Positions 38,790 through 51,420 of a DNA stretch of 64,000 nt are shown here, one piece after another. Numbering within the stretch: position 1 is the stretch's first letter; the number at the start of each line of letters is the position of its first letter. The DNA lies in assembly GCF_030144855.1 (NCBI RefSeq), contig NC_082736.1, positions 11,470,001-11,534,000 of the forward strand, in the 5' to 3' direction. The notes below the pieces were generated by a model. It saw nothing but the letters and a program-made list of their open reading frames with translations, had not been told where the DNA came from and searched no databases. The stretch is from Hypanus sabinus. Lineage: Eukaryota. Made by a program: the position numbers and the translations under genes.

Positions 38790-40400
38790 GGCATTGAACC
38801 AGCATTTGCCCCTCAAATTAATCCAGTATATTAACAACAGCACATCACCTCCCTTTTCCAAAATATTATTCAACCATTCTATTACCATAAATTCCATAAC
38901 TTTACACAAATGGGACATCAGTGATATTGGTCTATAACTAGAAGTATCCAACAGGGGTTTCCCAGGTTTTAGAAAAGACACTACAATTGCCATTTTCCAT
39001 GAGGAGGGAAGATGGCCTGGAAGTCCAAGTATGATTCAAAAAGTGCAATATTATCTCAAAAGAGTTGTTGGCCATACATTTAAACATGCAATAACATGTA
39101 TCATTCATTCCTGGAGTCATCTGACCTGTACTATTAATAGCTTCCTTTAATTCACACAAAGGAAACTCTACATCACTATCATTTCTACAGCTGGTTTCCA
39201 ATATATTAAGGTATTCTCTTAAAAGCTTATCCCTACATTGTTTAGTCTCTGAACCAATTTTGATTATGAATTGCAGCAAATGACCGAGCCAGTACTCAAC
39301 CTTCTCTCTTTCAGGAACAATTGTATTAACTTTTTCAATCAATACTGGGAACACTGTGAATCCCACACTCCCATTTTCTTAATCATTCCCCAAACATCTC
39401 CAAGTTTAATAGTCCTTCCAATACTATCACAATATGACCTCCAGTAAATCTTTTTCACAACCTTCATTACTTTCCTCATCACGGCCTGTGACCTGTTACA
39501 CTAAATATGATCATTCGGAGAGTGATACAGTACTTCTTAACTTTCTCTCAGTATTTGTCTCTGCACACTCCTCCATCCACCATGGTACAGCCTTTCTCTA
39601 TTAATGCACTTTTTAATATGAATCTCATCCACCCCAGTTTGATGAATAACATGACGTTTCTTTGCAGAAATCCACATCATTCTCACCATTCAGCTCATAC
39701 AGATGCTCACTACATAAATCATTAAAATGTCTCCCAATTTGCTTTACTGAAGTTCCACCTCCTAAAAGTGGCTTCCTGCCCCTGTTATAAATCCAAACCC
39801 AAGCTTACAAATATAGGGAAATTGACACTTCCCAATGCTTCATCACCCATGACGTCTCACGACTCACTCCAATGTTCAAAACTAAAGTTAATTTACAGTA
39901 GTTTCCTAACTATTGTGCACATTAAATCTTGTTCCTCTCCCACCATTAAAACACACAAGATGTGAAATATCTAAAACTCCTCTACAATCAAACCATCACC
40001 ATCATTCTGAGAACAAACCCACAGTTTACTAACTATGTGTTAAAATCCCCACACCATACGGCCCTTAGTGAGATAATGGACTCCAACTTATACTCTCCAA
40101 CAAATCAATCAAAAGCTTTCCACAATGGTTATAATAATATACCACTTTAAAGCCCCTACCTGTGGAAGAACATATGTCTTCAAATGCCTCATACATTTCA
40201 TATATATCCAAAACTTTAAGCCCTCTCATTATGAAACATGCAACACAATGCCCAATTACAATATAATCTTGGAAAGAAGCACTTAAATGTGGTAGCAACC
40301 AGGTTTCCTGAATACATACAACATCAGATAGATTTGATTTTTATTTTCAGAAATTAACTTGAGGTCTTGACCATGAGAAATCAGGCTTCGGAAAGCGTTT
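38790..40400 (-). mobile_element. I-clade (Nimb-like) LINE ORF2 fragment: AP endonuclease to start of RT
   Basis: Minus strand reads 'RSLISHGQDLK', 'DVVCIQETWL' (~40295-40330), 'GDFN' (~40040), 'ELKEAINSTGQMTPG' and 'FLKPGKPLLDTSSYRPISLMSHLCKVME'. Confidence 0.7.
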
Positions 40401-40620
40401 CTTATAAAGCGCCCTTCGGAAAGCGTCCTTCTTCTAGAGTCTGGGGGAATGTACTGGGATGTTAATGATTGGTGAATCTGTGACTGATCTGATTGGAAAG
40501 AGCAAATATTCCAATCAGGGAGCTGCTTTTTTTTCCAATCAAGAGACAGCAACGACAGAAGCGCGAAAAATAACCGTCTAACCGCCGAAATAAACTCAAA
40601 ATTGCAAAACACCGCCACAA
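40400..40620 (-). promoter_or_regulatory. Orphan H2A-type histone promoter with no histone CDS behind it
   Basis: Minus-strand TTTATAAG at ~40401-40408 and multiple CCAAT/ATTGG boxes. The motif string 'ctgattggaaagagcaaatattccaatc..ccaatca..agaagcgcg..ccgcca' parallels the H2A promoter string 'ctcattggtgaagagaaacgtcccaatc..ccaatca..agaagcgcg..ccgcca'. Confidence 0.6.
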
Positions 40621-41205
40621 ACGCCTTTGTTGCTAAAATTAAACCACAACAGGTTTGTTTGTCTCCCCTTTACCCACGTTACTGAAGACCGAAATATTTA
40701 AACCAAGTAGAGTCAATATTGCGATGGTGTCTGGTATTTTAGTTCACCGACTTCCATCAATTGATAAATGATCAGAATAAAACCGATTGTCAGCGTCTAT
40801 TCGCGGTCGGTCATTGTGTAGACTCAAGTCAGTTTACCTTCGGGTCGCCCTCCAGAAAGTGGGCTTCAGAAATACTCTGAACGAACCGTGACAGTGTTCG
40901 GCACTCGCGTTGGAATGTAGTTAAGAGAAGTAAACAAAATGGGACAAAACTTAATGAACCGCATTCCCCGCAGAAACTAAACCAGAAACAATTAGTGTCA
41001 CGTTAGGGAAATTTGATGACCTAGAAGTAACAACGGGGAAGGGGTGCGTAACGATTCCGTGTCTGTGCAGAGGGCAGGAATTAACAGGGAAATCGGGATT
41101 ACACTGAAGATTGGACAGCAAGTTCTGAGTAACGGAAATAAGATTCTGAATGAGCGCATCAACAAAAAATTTACAAATTTACCTCAAATCCATGTCTCAA
41201 CATTG

Positions 41206-41248
41206 AATAACTCTTTTAATGAAACCGTGAGTGGCTCTTAAAAGAGCC
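41206..41248 (-). terminator. Histone 3' stem-loop and HDE (second H2B)
   Basis: The reverse complement of 41233-41248 is GGCTCTTTTAAGAGCC, followed by ACTCA and the HDE 'aaaagagttatt'. Confidence 0.93.
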
Positions 41249-41647
41249 TTTGATTTTCGGGTTTGTTTTGTCTTTACTGGAGCTGGTGTACTTGGTCTCC
41301 GCCTTTGTCCCTTCGGACACGGCGTGCTTGGCCAGCTCCCCGGGCAGCAGCAGGCGCACGGCGGTCTGGATCTCCCGGGAGCTGATGGTAGACGGCTTGT
41401 TGTAATGGGCCAGACGGGAAGCCTCGCCCCCGATGCGCTCGAAAATATCGTTCACGAATGAATTCATGACGGTCATGGCCTTGGAGGAGATGCCGGTGTT
41501 GGGGTGAACCTGCTTCATCACTTTGTAGATGTAGATGGCGTAACTCTCCTTCCTCGCCCTCTTGCGCTTCTTGCCAGACTTGCTCGCCGGTTTGGACAGA
41601 GCTTTCTTGGCGCCCTTCTTGGGAGCGGGTTTCGGTGGATCAGGCAT
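41216..41647 (-). pseudogene. H2B: Full-length histone H2B with lost stop codon (probable pseudogene)
   Basis: ATG at 41647 ([12 protein letters not shown]...). The terminal AAG TAA has lost one base (TCC AG TAA), so the frame runs on through the stem-loop to TAA at 41218-41216. Substitutions D51N, A74G, R86P and V118E are also present. Confidence 0.85.
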
Positions 41648-41694
41648 TTCCCCGTCGGTTTCAATCACAATAATAAGCAGAAGCTGTTCGCAGC

Positions 41695-41940
41695 CCGGAT
41701 TAAATAGGCAGTGCCCAAAGTGGAATGTTAATAATGATGGGAATGCTGAGCATTCCCATTGGCTGTTTGGAGAAAGGAATCACCAATCGGAACGCTGGGG
41801 GATGGGAAGCGGCGCCAATGTGTGGCGGTTACCGCTGTCGTTTAATGCGGGAGGAAGTACAGAAGGGCAGAGACAGGCGGGGGTGCGGGCTGAAATTGAA
41901 AAGGGAAACGCAAATTTCAAAAGTACAATGCAAATAAAAT
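41695..41940 (-). promoter_or_regulatory. H2B promoter (TATTTAA, CCAAT boxes, degenerate proximal octamer)
   Basis: Minus-strand TATTTAA at ~41700-41706; ATTAACAT at the usual octamer position (~41725-41732); CCAAT boxes at ~41758, ~41783 and ~41815; a perfect ATGCAAAT at 41928-41935. Confidence 0.65.
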
Positions 41941-43365
41941 CAGATGAAATATAGTAAAATTAAAGACTGAAACGTTTAGTTCATGACACAGGGCAGCAAG
42001 AGAGCGAAGGAGAGGTTTGGACATTTCAATGTAAAGTTCAAATCGAGTTTATTTGTGCCCAGGAGAAAGGAACAACGTATTTGTAGCTGCATCACAGACA
42101 CATTGCATCAGACACAACCTTGACAAAAAAAACTGAAATTAAATATGAATTATACCAAAATATTCAAACAGACAGAGGACTATCAGAATAAAATTAAAAT
42201 AACAAAGAAACCGTGCGGACAGTTGGAGAATCACCCCTCTTGTGCTTCTTCATCTCGTCACTCTCGATTAAGCGTCACGCAACGCTGCCACTTTGATCCC
42301 GCCCATCCCTTCACTAACCAGGACCAACTCTTGCCTTTATTGTATTTCCCTCCTCCTTACACATTGGGTTTGTGGGGGTTTGGTTAATCGGGGTGTGTGC
42401 CCCCTTGGACCTGAGGATTAGGTTTCAGGGTAGGGCTGGTGCATGTATTTGTGAGGCTGGGAGAGATAAAGCTGTGGAGATTAGTATGGTGAGATACGTG
42501 GGGCTATGGTGGATCGGGTCGTGTAGTGGAGCCACTTTGATCTAGCCGATGCCTTTCATTAATGTGGTCCGACACCACTTGGCTTAATGAACAAAGGGAC
42601 ACATCATTAGCAATGCAACCTGGGTCACTGTGGGTTTCCGGTCTTTAATCATGAGACTTCCTCACCCAGGCGAACCAGGCAGGGTTGATCAGGCCAAGCT
42701 TGTGTTTATCCCATTGGCCAAGATAATGAGAGGCATGTAATCCTACATGTTGTGGATATTTTAGACCTTGTTACTTGGCCTTATTTTGACCATTTGGGTA
42801 GTACAATCTTCTGAGGCTTATAATCAGGCTTTACCTCCTATTAAGGTTCAACTTCCCTACTTTAAATTTACACCTGTCTTTATTTATTACAATCAGACCA
42901 TACAGCTTCAAAATAGAGCGGCATCCTTTTAGAATGCAGATGAGGAAGAGTTTCTTCAGGCAGAGAGTGGTGAATCGGTGGAATTTTTTTGCCACAGGCA
43001 GCTCTGGAAGCAAAAATCACTGGGTATAGGCAGAGATTGATGAATTCCTGATTGGTCAGGGAATGAGGGGATACAAGGGAAGGAAGGCGATTGGGACTAA
43101 GAGGAAAATATGATCAGTGATGATGAAATGCCAGAGAAGGTTCAACAGGCAAAATGGCCGAATTCTGCTCCTATATCTGATGGTCTTATGGACTCATTCA
43201 GTGACTAAAATTCTCCCAGACACTGCTGATCTCAGCTTTGACTCAACCCAGCACCTGAGGCTCCAGATTACTTATATATGGAATGCAGAAGTCCTTTCTG
43301 CTCAGATTAAAGAAATATCATCTCTTTTCCACCCTGAATGCTTGTCATCTCATTCTGAGCAACAG

Positions 43366-43600
43366 ACGCAAAATGCTAGCGGAAGTCAGCAGGCCAGGCA
43401 GCATCTATGAAATAGAGTAACGAGCCGATGCTTCGGGCTGAGAATCATCACCAGGACGAGAACTGATGGAAGGGTCTCGGCCCGAAGTGTCGACTGTTTA
43501 CTCTTTTCCATAAAGGCTGCCTGTCTTGCTGAGTTCCTTCAGCATTTTGTGTGTGTTGATTTGGATTTCCAGCATCAACAGATTCCCTCATGTTTGTGAT
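43366..43600. repeat. Foldback Penelope-terminus-derived repeat with two opposed hammerhead remnants
   Basis: ~85-bp imperfect inverted arms. The plus arm reads 'ctgatggaagggtctcggcccgaagtgtcgactg'. Confidence 0.7.
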
Positions 43601-44289
43601 TTATGTCTAATTCTGAGGGTGTTTTCCTCAGTTATGGAGCTCTCATTCGGGGGAAAGATCCCCCTTGCCTACTGCCTGTCACATCCTGAAAGAATCTAAC
43701 AGATTTCCTCATTTTCACATTGACTGCAGGGAATACAGACCCAACCCACTCACTCTCCTCTCACGTAACCAACCCTCCATCCCTGGAACCAGCCCAGTCA
43801 GTGTGGGGAACAGTCACTGCGCTCCCTCTAATTCACGGTTATCCTTCCTGAGGAAGTGTGACCAAACCCACTACATTCAAGGTGTGCTCTCACCAGGGCC
43901 CTATAGAATTCCAGTGAGACATCTGTACCCCTCTTCTCCACTCCTCCTGGATCACAGGCAAAATAATGTTTGCTCTCTCATTACCTGTAGTATCTGCATG
44001 TTAAATCAAGTGATTTGTTTACAACGACACCCACATCCCTCTGAACATCCCCATGTGGAAATAACTCTTACAGTTTGTTCCTGGGAATGGGTGATCTCAC
44101 ATTTCCCCACATTCTGTTCCATCTGCCCCATCCTCAACCATTCACTCTCCTGTTGACATCCCCCAAATCTTCTCACAACTGACACTGTCCCTCCCGCTCT
44201 GCCACAGCCGCAGACGTAGTCACTGATATATGTAGCACAGAAACAGGCCCTTCAGCCCAACACATCCATGCTGACCAAGTGGCCAAACA

Positions 44290-47200
44290 AAACCATTGTC
44301 AGTTGCCTGCAGAGGCAATCTGCAGTTACACTGATGGGATTATCGTATTGGCCCCCAATTACCACCAGGAGGTGCAGGAACGGAGATGTTTATGTTTATG
44401 GAGAGGTGCCGAGCAGGGTTGTCTTAGTGGGGGACTTCATTTTCCATAGAATTAATTAGATCTTTCTCAATACTTAGATGCACAAGACTTCTTCAGTGAA
44501 TCCGAGGAGTATTTGAAATATTATGTACAGAGCCCAACCAGAGAAGAGAACATACGGGAATTAGTTTAGGGAAACGAGCCAGGCCTGGTGACAGCTAAGT
44601 GTCAGTGAACATTTTGGGAACAGTAATCGCAAATTTTTTTTTGGTTATGAGTAAGAATAAAATCAGATCTTGTATGAAGGTACTGAATTGCAGTAGGGCA
44701 AGTTAGGACGGAGTAAGACAGAAGTCAAGGAGCATTGATTGGGAGCAGCCACTGTCAGACAAGTCCACATCTGACATGCGGGAGTTTTTTAATGATCAGC
44801 AGCTCAGAGTTCAGGATCAGCATGTTCCTGTAAGGAGCAAGGACAAGGATAGTAAGGTAAGGGAACTTCACATAAGTGGAAAGATCCTACATTGAAGGAT
44901 ATGGAAGGTTTATGAAGCTAAAATCAGACTGGGAAACTTTGGAATATAAAGATAGCAGAGAAATGCTAAAGGAGCTGATAGGAAAGGCCAAATGGCACCA
45001 CAAACTCTACTTGCAATGTAGGACCAAAGATAATCCCAAGGCCTTTTGATTTGTATTAATAAAACAAGGCTAACCAGAGAATGGAAAGGTCTACTCAAGA
45101 TTAAAGGATGAATGATGTGGATGAAGTCAGACCAAGTGGCTGAGGTACTAAATGAGTATGCTGTGTCAATATTTACCGAGGAGAAGGAATTGAATGTCAA
45201 TGAGAACAGAGTGGAGCAGGCTAATGTGCAGAGACTTGTTGAGATTAAGGAGGAGGTTGTGCTGGGACGTCTGGAAAGCAATAAGATGGATAAGACGCCA
45301 GGACTTGAAGGCATATATCCGACAATAGTGAAAGAAGCAAGTGAGCACATGGCTGGGGATTTCACAAGGACCAGTGTGTCCTGGATCACCACATGTGAGG
45401 TCCCACAGTGCTGGTGTGTTGCAAATGTTGCAGCTTTGATCAAGAAGGTAAATAACAAGAATCCAGGAGCTGCCGCTCCTTACGGACCATGTTAGAGAAC
45501 CGGAGATGCAGCTCGATGATTTTCATCTGGTCAGGGAAAGTGTGGAGGGGATAGAGAGTAGCTATAGGCAGGTAGTCACTCTGGGGCCTGGGGAGACAGG
45601 TAAGTGGGTAACAGTCAGGAGAAGGTAGTGCAAGAGGTAGATGCTCATCCTCTGCACATCCAATTTATCAAGGCCTTTCACCATTTAATTTCAATTAGGT
45701 CAACACTCATTTTCCTAAATTCCAGTGAAGACAGGCCAAAAGCCAATAAACACTCTTCATATGACAAGCTGTTTAATCCTGGATTCACTTTCGAGAACAT
45801 TCTTTGTAACCCATCCAGCTCATCCTTCCTGAGATAAAGGACCCAAAACAGCTCACAAAAGTGAGATCGCACCAGTACTTTATACAGTACATTATTATGA
45901 TTGGTGCAGATATTGTGGGCCAAAGGGCAGGTTGCCATCTGTTCCATATTGTGTACTGTGCTTTATCTAACAGCTACTGCAGGGACATGGTTACAGAGAC
46001 TTGGACTGCGAATTTGATATTCCTACATGTTTAATGTTCCACATGGAATCAGCAAAATGGAAAGGAGCAGGGTAGATTTGTTTATAACGTGCGGGTGAAG
46101 GGGTGGATACAGTGCCATCAAAAGTATTCAGTCTGCTTTGGAGGTTTTCAAGTTTATTGTTTTGGAACGTTGAATTTGGCTTTTTTGACACTGATCAACA
46201 GGAAAGACTCTGTGGTGTCAAAGTGAAAACAGATCTCTTCAGAGTCATCTAAATTAATTGCAAATATAAAACACAAAATAATTCAGTGCATTAGTATTCA
46301 CCTCCAATTCAGTCATTAGTTGATGCACCTTTGTCAGTAATTACAGTTCGCTCTGTGTGGATAGGTCTCTATCCACTTTGCACATCTGGACACTGAAAAT
46401 TTTCTCCTTTCCATATTAGAAAACTGCTGAAGCTTTGTCAGTTTGCACGCGGTTCATGATCGAACAGACCTTTTCAAGTCCAGCCACAAATTCTCAATTG
46501 GACTATGATTTGGCCACTCCTGGACATTAACTTTGTTTTGAGGCATTCCTGTGTAGCTTTGTTTTTATGCTTATGGTGATTGTCTTGCTGGAAAATAAAC
46601 CTTCTAACTCAGAGATCACTTGCAGGCTGCATTAGGTTTTCCTCCAGGATTTCCCTGCATTTTGCTGCATTTATTTTATCATCTAATTTTATGAGCCTTC
46701 CAGGACATGCTGTAGTGAAGCATTCCTACAGCATGATGCAGCCTCCAATGTACTTTGCGGTAGGGATGGTGTGTTTTTGATGATGTGCAGTGTTTGGCTT
46801 ATACCAGAATTGGTGATTAGTCAGATAGCCAAAAAGTTGAACACTGGTTTCATCAGACCATGGGACCTTTATCCAGCTGGTTTCAGAGTCCCCCCTCAAG
46901 GTTTCTGACAAACTCCAGGTGAAATTTCATGAGAGTTTTTTTTTCCATCAGTGGCTTTCTCTTTGTCACTCTCATATAAAGTTGTGACAGTGAAACACCC
47001 AGGCAACAGTTGCTGTATGTTCAGTCTCTCCCATCTCAGCCACTGCGGCCTGTAACTTCTCCAGAGTTGTCACAGGTCGCTTGGTGGGTTCCCTTACTGG
47101 CCCCTTCTTGCACAGTCACTCAGTTTTTGAGGATGTCTTGCTCTTGGCAGATTTACAGCTCTGCCATGTTCTTTCTATTTCTGTACTCCAAGGGTATTCA

Positions 47201-48635
47201 GTGACTTGAATTTTTTATACATCTCCTGAATTGTGTTTTTCAATAACCGTTTTTCAGAGGTTGCTTGGAGTGTTAATCTGACTTCATGGTGTAATTTCTC
47301 CCAGGATACTGACACACCAGCAGCTGGACCTTCCAGATATTGGTGTATTTTTACTACAATCAATTGAAACACCTTGACTGCACACGGTGATCTCCACTTA
47401 GCTGATTATGCAATTCCTAAAACCAATTGACTGGACCAGTATTGATCTGGTGAGTCATATTAAAGCGGGTGAATACGTAGACAGGCAAATATTTTGTGTT
47501 TTTTTTTTATCTGCAATTAAATTTGAGCACTTTGTAAAGATCTGTTTTCACTTTGACAAAAAAAGTCTTTTTTTCCATTCATTAGTATCATAACAACCCA
47601 AAATCAATGCACAGTGTTTCAATACTGCAAAATAATAAAACATGAAAACTTTCAAGAGGCATGAATACTTTTCATAGGCACCTTACATGTGGGGATAGTG
47701 ATTGGGAAAGGGGGAAGGGAAAGTAGACATGTGGAGGATATCAAAGAGAGATGAGAATAGAATTGTGATTGTTATGAGAGACTTAATCAGAAGCAGATTG
47801 GGATACCACTGCACTGAGTACCTTTGCTCTGTGAGCTGCAACAACCATGACCTGCCAGTGGCAACCTATTCTAGTTCTGTTTCCTATTCCCATACCCACA
47901 TATCGGTGCCTTACAGCTGTCTTAACCGGTGCCAGGGTGGTAATGGGGTCAAGCTGGCACTTTCTATCAAATGCTGCCTCAAAATGCATCTGTCAACCAA
48001 ATCCAGCTCCTGGCTTTTACATATGGCTTAGCTACTAAGCCCGATGGAACTGTTTCTAGTGTCAGCGGAAGGTGCAAATGTGTTACTGGGATCATATAAC
48101 CAACTGCTTAGGGCAGATGGGGCTTGTCACCCACAGTTGGCAGCTCATCCAGTGGAAGGAAAATTCTGATCCCAGACCCCCACTGGCTTGAGGCTGGACC
48201 CATTCAAGGGGAAGGTATTGGGAGTAAACTCCGAGGAAAAATCCAGAACTGGATTCCCTGTCAGTCCGATGTTCAATGCAGACGGGCAATCCTGTGACAC
48301 AGCCGGTGCCTGACTGCATTGGTCTTTGTTGTTGCGATGGATTCATCAGCTGCGTGGAGAGAAGGAGCCCCTGCATGGGCAACAGCTTGCTTTACGTATT
48401 CTACTACCCTGGCTTGCATATTGACTTTCACAGTGAGGGCAGAATATCCATGGTCGACCCTGACCAGTGGAGGGCCATCACCAACATGTCTGTCCATGGC
48501 TTCCTCTCCTACTACAATGAGGCCAACTACAGGTTGAATGAGCAACGCCTCACATTCCGACTGTGTCGCCTCCAATCTCAAAGGCATGAACATTGATTTC
48601 TTCAAATTCAGGAAATCACTATCCTCTGTTTCTTG
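44290..48635. repeat. Segmental duplication copy B (inverted paralogue of ~9190-13335)
   Basis: Reverse-complement similarity extends across the CR1, Tc1 and Penelope pieces and across their junctions. Confidence 0.9.
46110..47682 (-). mobile_element. Tc1-family DNA transposon, near full length, ~200-bp TIRs, inactive
   Basis: TA|cagtgccatcaaaagtattca at 46108 and 'tgaatacttttcataggcacc' at ~47662-47682. Transposase remnant 'WIKVPWSDETSVQLFG..HHQKHTIPTAKYIGGCIML' on the minus strand. Confidence 0.9.
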
Positions 48636-48649
48636 CCACACTCCACCTC

Positions 48650-49112
48650 AGTGCATTTTGCACTTAATGTCAGTAAGACAAAAGACCTGACTGAAGGATG
48701 GGTAAGGCTAAGGAACATGAACCAGTCCGCAGAGGGATCAGAAGTGGAGTGAGGGAACAATTTTGAGTTCCTGGGTGTCAATATCTCTGAGGATCTAACC
48801 TGGTCGCAACATATCGATGCAGCAACAGTATAAAGAGAGCAAGACAGTGGAGATATTTCATCAGGAGTTTGAGGATATTTGGTTTGTCACTTTAAAACAC
48901 TCAAAACCTGATACAGATGTATTTGATATATTATTTTTTACTTCTGTTTCTGCACTATATTTAATCTACATAATATCCATATACACACACATTCTATAAT
49001 TTACTTATTCTTTCTATATTATCACGTCCTGCATTGAACTGCTGCTGCTAAATTAACAAATTTCCTGACACCAACCGGTGGTAATAAACCTGATTCTGGT
49101 TCTGATTCTGAA
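48650..49112 (+). mobile_element. Rex1-like LINE 3' fragment with (ATTCTG)n tail
   Basis: 'gagttcctgggtgtcaatatctctgaggatctaacctgg' (FLGVNISEDLTW) and the tail 'aataaacctgattctggttctgattctg'. Confidence 0.6.
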
Positions 49113-51189
49113 TTCATCCCCACAGACGGATGTGGCCAAATCATTGGGTATATTGAATGATGAGGTTCTTGATTGTGGGAGCAGGGTAAGAGTGTTCGAG
49201 AGGGTTAAGAGATCTGTCATGATCTCTTATTCCAGGCAGAATGGGGCAGCAGACAGGATGGGCCAAATGGCCTAATTCTGCTCCTGTGTCTTATGGTCCA
49301 GGAGCAGCTGCAGGACATTTCAAAGGGAAGGTTGAGCAGCCGGACATTGTGGTGGATGGTGCATGTTGGTTATAGCAATGTAGGGAGGAGGAGGAATGTG
49401 GTCCTGTGCAGTGAATTTAGAGAAATAAGACAGAAACTGAAAAGTAGTCTCTATATTACTCCCAGTGACACTTGTTAGGGCATGGAGATACAGACAGATA
49501 CCACTGATGAATGTGTGCCTGATGAGCTGGTGCAGGGGACAAAGATTCAGATTCATGGATCAATGGGGATAACTACTAGGAATGATTGACAGAAACTGTT
49601 CACTCCCTAGGGTCTTCATGGGAAGGAACAGTCTTCTCCCTCCTAAAACTGCAGGGAATAGTTTTAACGTGACAGGTTGGAGGTTTAAAGAGAACCTGAA
49701 GGGTGAGGTGATGGAAGTGGATAAAATTATGTGAGACATACAGAGGTGAGAGAGACAGAGACAGTTTCTCTTGATATGGGTGTAAAACTAAAGGTAATAG
49801 TTTTAATGTGAGAGGTCGGAAATTTAAAGGGAATTTGAAGGGTAAGTATTTCACAGTGAGGTATTCCAAGTGAGCCATCAGAGGAGGTGTTGGATGCAGA
49901 AACACACAGTCTCTGGTCATGAACACTTCTCAGGAACCTGTCATTACTGTGTTCAATCTGCCCTGGTTGATCTTCCAGGTGTTGAGTCCATTGTTGTTTT
50001 CCATCTGTATTAACGATCTCGATGAGAACGTGGTAAACTGGATCAGCAAGTTTGCAGATGACACCAAGTTTAGGGGTGTGATGGACAGCAAAGGCAGCTA
50101 GAAAATCTTGATATCAGATGTGGAGCAGGTGGCAAAATGAAATTGGTTATAATCTTGAACACACTGCCTGAGGAGGTGGTGTAGGCTGGTATTTAATGAC
50201 CATCTGGATGAGCATTTGAATCACCAGGACAGGGTAGAAGACAGACCCAAGGCTGAGTTAGTGGAGGCAGATTCTCAATGGTCAGTATAGATATGCAGAA
50301 TCCACTGAAAGTGCAGTGGGAACCTGGAACACAGACTTCAGGATGGACTTACCTAAAACACTCAGAACCCAGGACGAGGGACAATACTTTTGTTACTGAA
50401 TAAAAGTATTAATGGTCACACAGTAAACCAAACCCCTCAAAAGGTGACCAAAATGCTCCCATTCCCTGTGCACCAGTAACAGTGCTTTACATGGGAAATT
50501 GGTGAAGTCCTCTGGATAATATTAGGAGAGATGGCTGACAGCTTCATCACAGTGTGAGGGTACAGATATCTTCTCAGAGGATAAGGGGTTTACTGGAACA
50601 GGCTCATAGCTGAGAATGAAGGTAACAAACCCATTGCAGTGGAGGACTGCTGTCGTCAGGGTTGTACAGGATAGAAACAAACCCTCTGGCCCATCACATT
50701 TATCCTCCTCATCACGCACAGCTATACTAATCCCACTTTCCTGCATTAATTTCATATCCCTCCAAGCCTTGCTCACTGAAGTACCTGTGCATCTGTCTCT
50801 TATACTGTTACACAGTTCCCTGTATGTGGCATCAGAGGTAGACAGGGTTGTGTGTTGTACTTGCCTTATCAGCCAAAGAACTGCCTCTCATTGGAATTGT
50901 ACAAAACGGTTTAAAGACAGATTTGAAGGGGATCTGAAGGGTATTTATTTCACACAGAGAACAGCTGGAATCTTGAATTAACTCCCAAAATAGAGTCAGT
51001 GATTTATACAGAACTGAAACCGTCCCTTCGGTAAAACTCATCCACGCCGACCAAGTTGTCGATCTGAACTCGTCCCATCCGCCTGCATTAGGCCCGTGTC
51101 CCTCTCAACCTTTCCTATCCATGTAACTGTGCAAATATGGTTTAAATATTGTACCTGAGGCAAAGAGCCGGTGCGATGAGGCGCTGACA

Positions 51190-51420
51190 GAAACTCACTG
51201 TTCCGTGGGCAGGAAGAGGAGAGGCCGATTCCCACAGTGGAGCCGAAACCCCAACAAATAGAGACCGACTCCATATACGGACTTTTCGCCCCGTCCCCGC
51301 CCTGGACTGTTTCCAGGGAAACAACGTCGTTGACGATGTGACGTCAGCTCGTTGTGTTCGGTGAAGATTGAATCACGTGACTGGGTGGGGCAAAAGGAGC
51401 TGTCAATCAGTGCAGCCACA
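51190..51420. promoter_or_regulatory. CpG-rich promoter-like island (X-box, CRE, E-box, PBX/PKNOX motif) with possible minus-strand first exon
   Basis: GTTTCCAGGGAAAC at 51309-51322, TGACGTCA at 51339-51346, TCACGTGA at 51373-51380, and CTGTCAATCA at 51400-51409. A minus-strand donor-like ACA|GTGAGT lies at ~51198. Confidence 0.55.

Noticed and set aside
42230-42830. Possible LTR or other repeat upstream of H2B
   Set aside because: I could not identify termini, target-site duplications or coding remnants.
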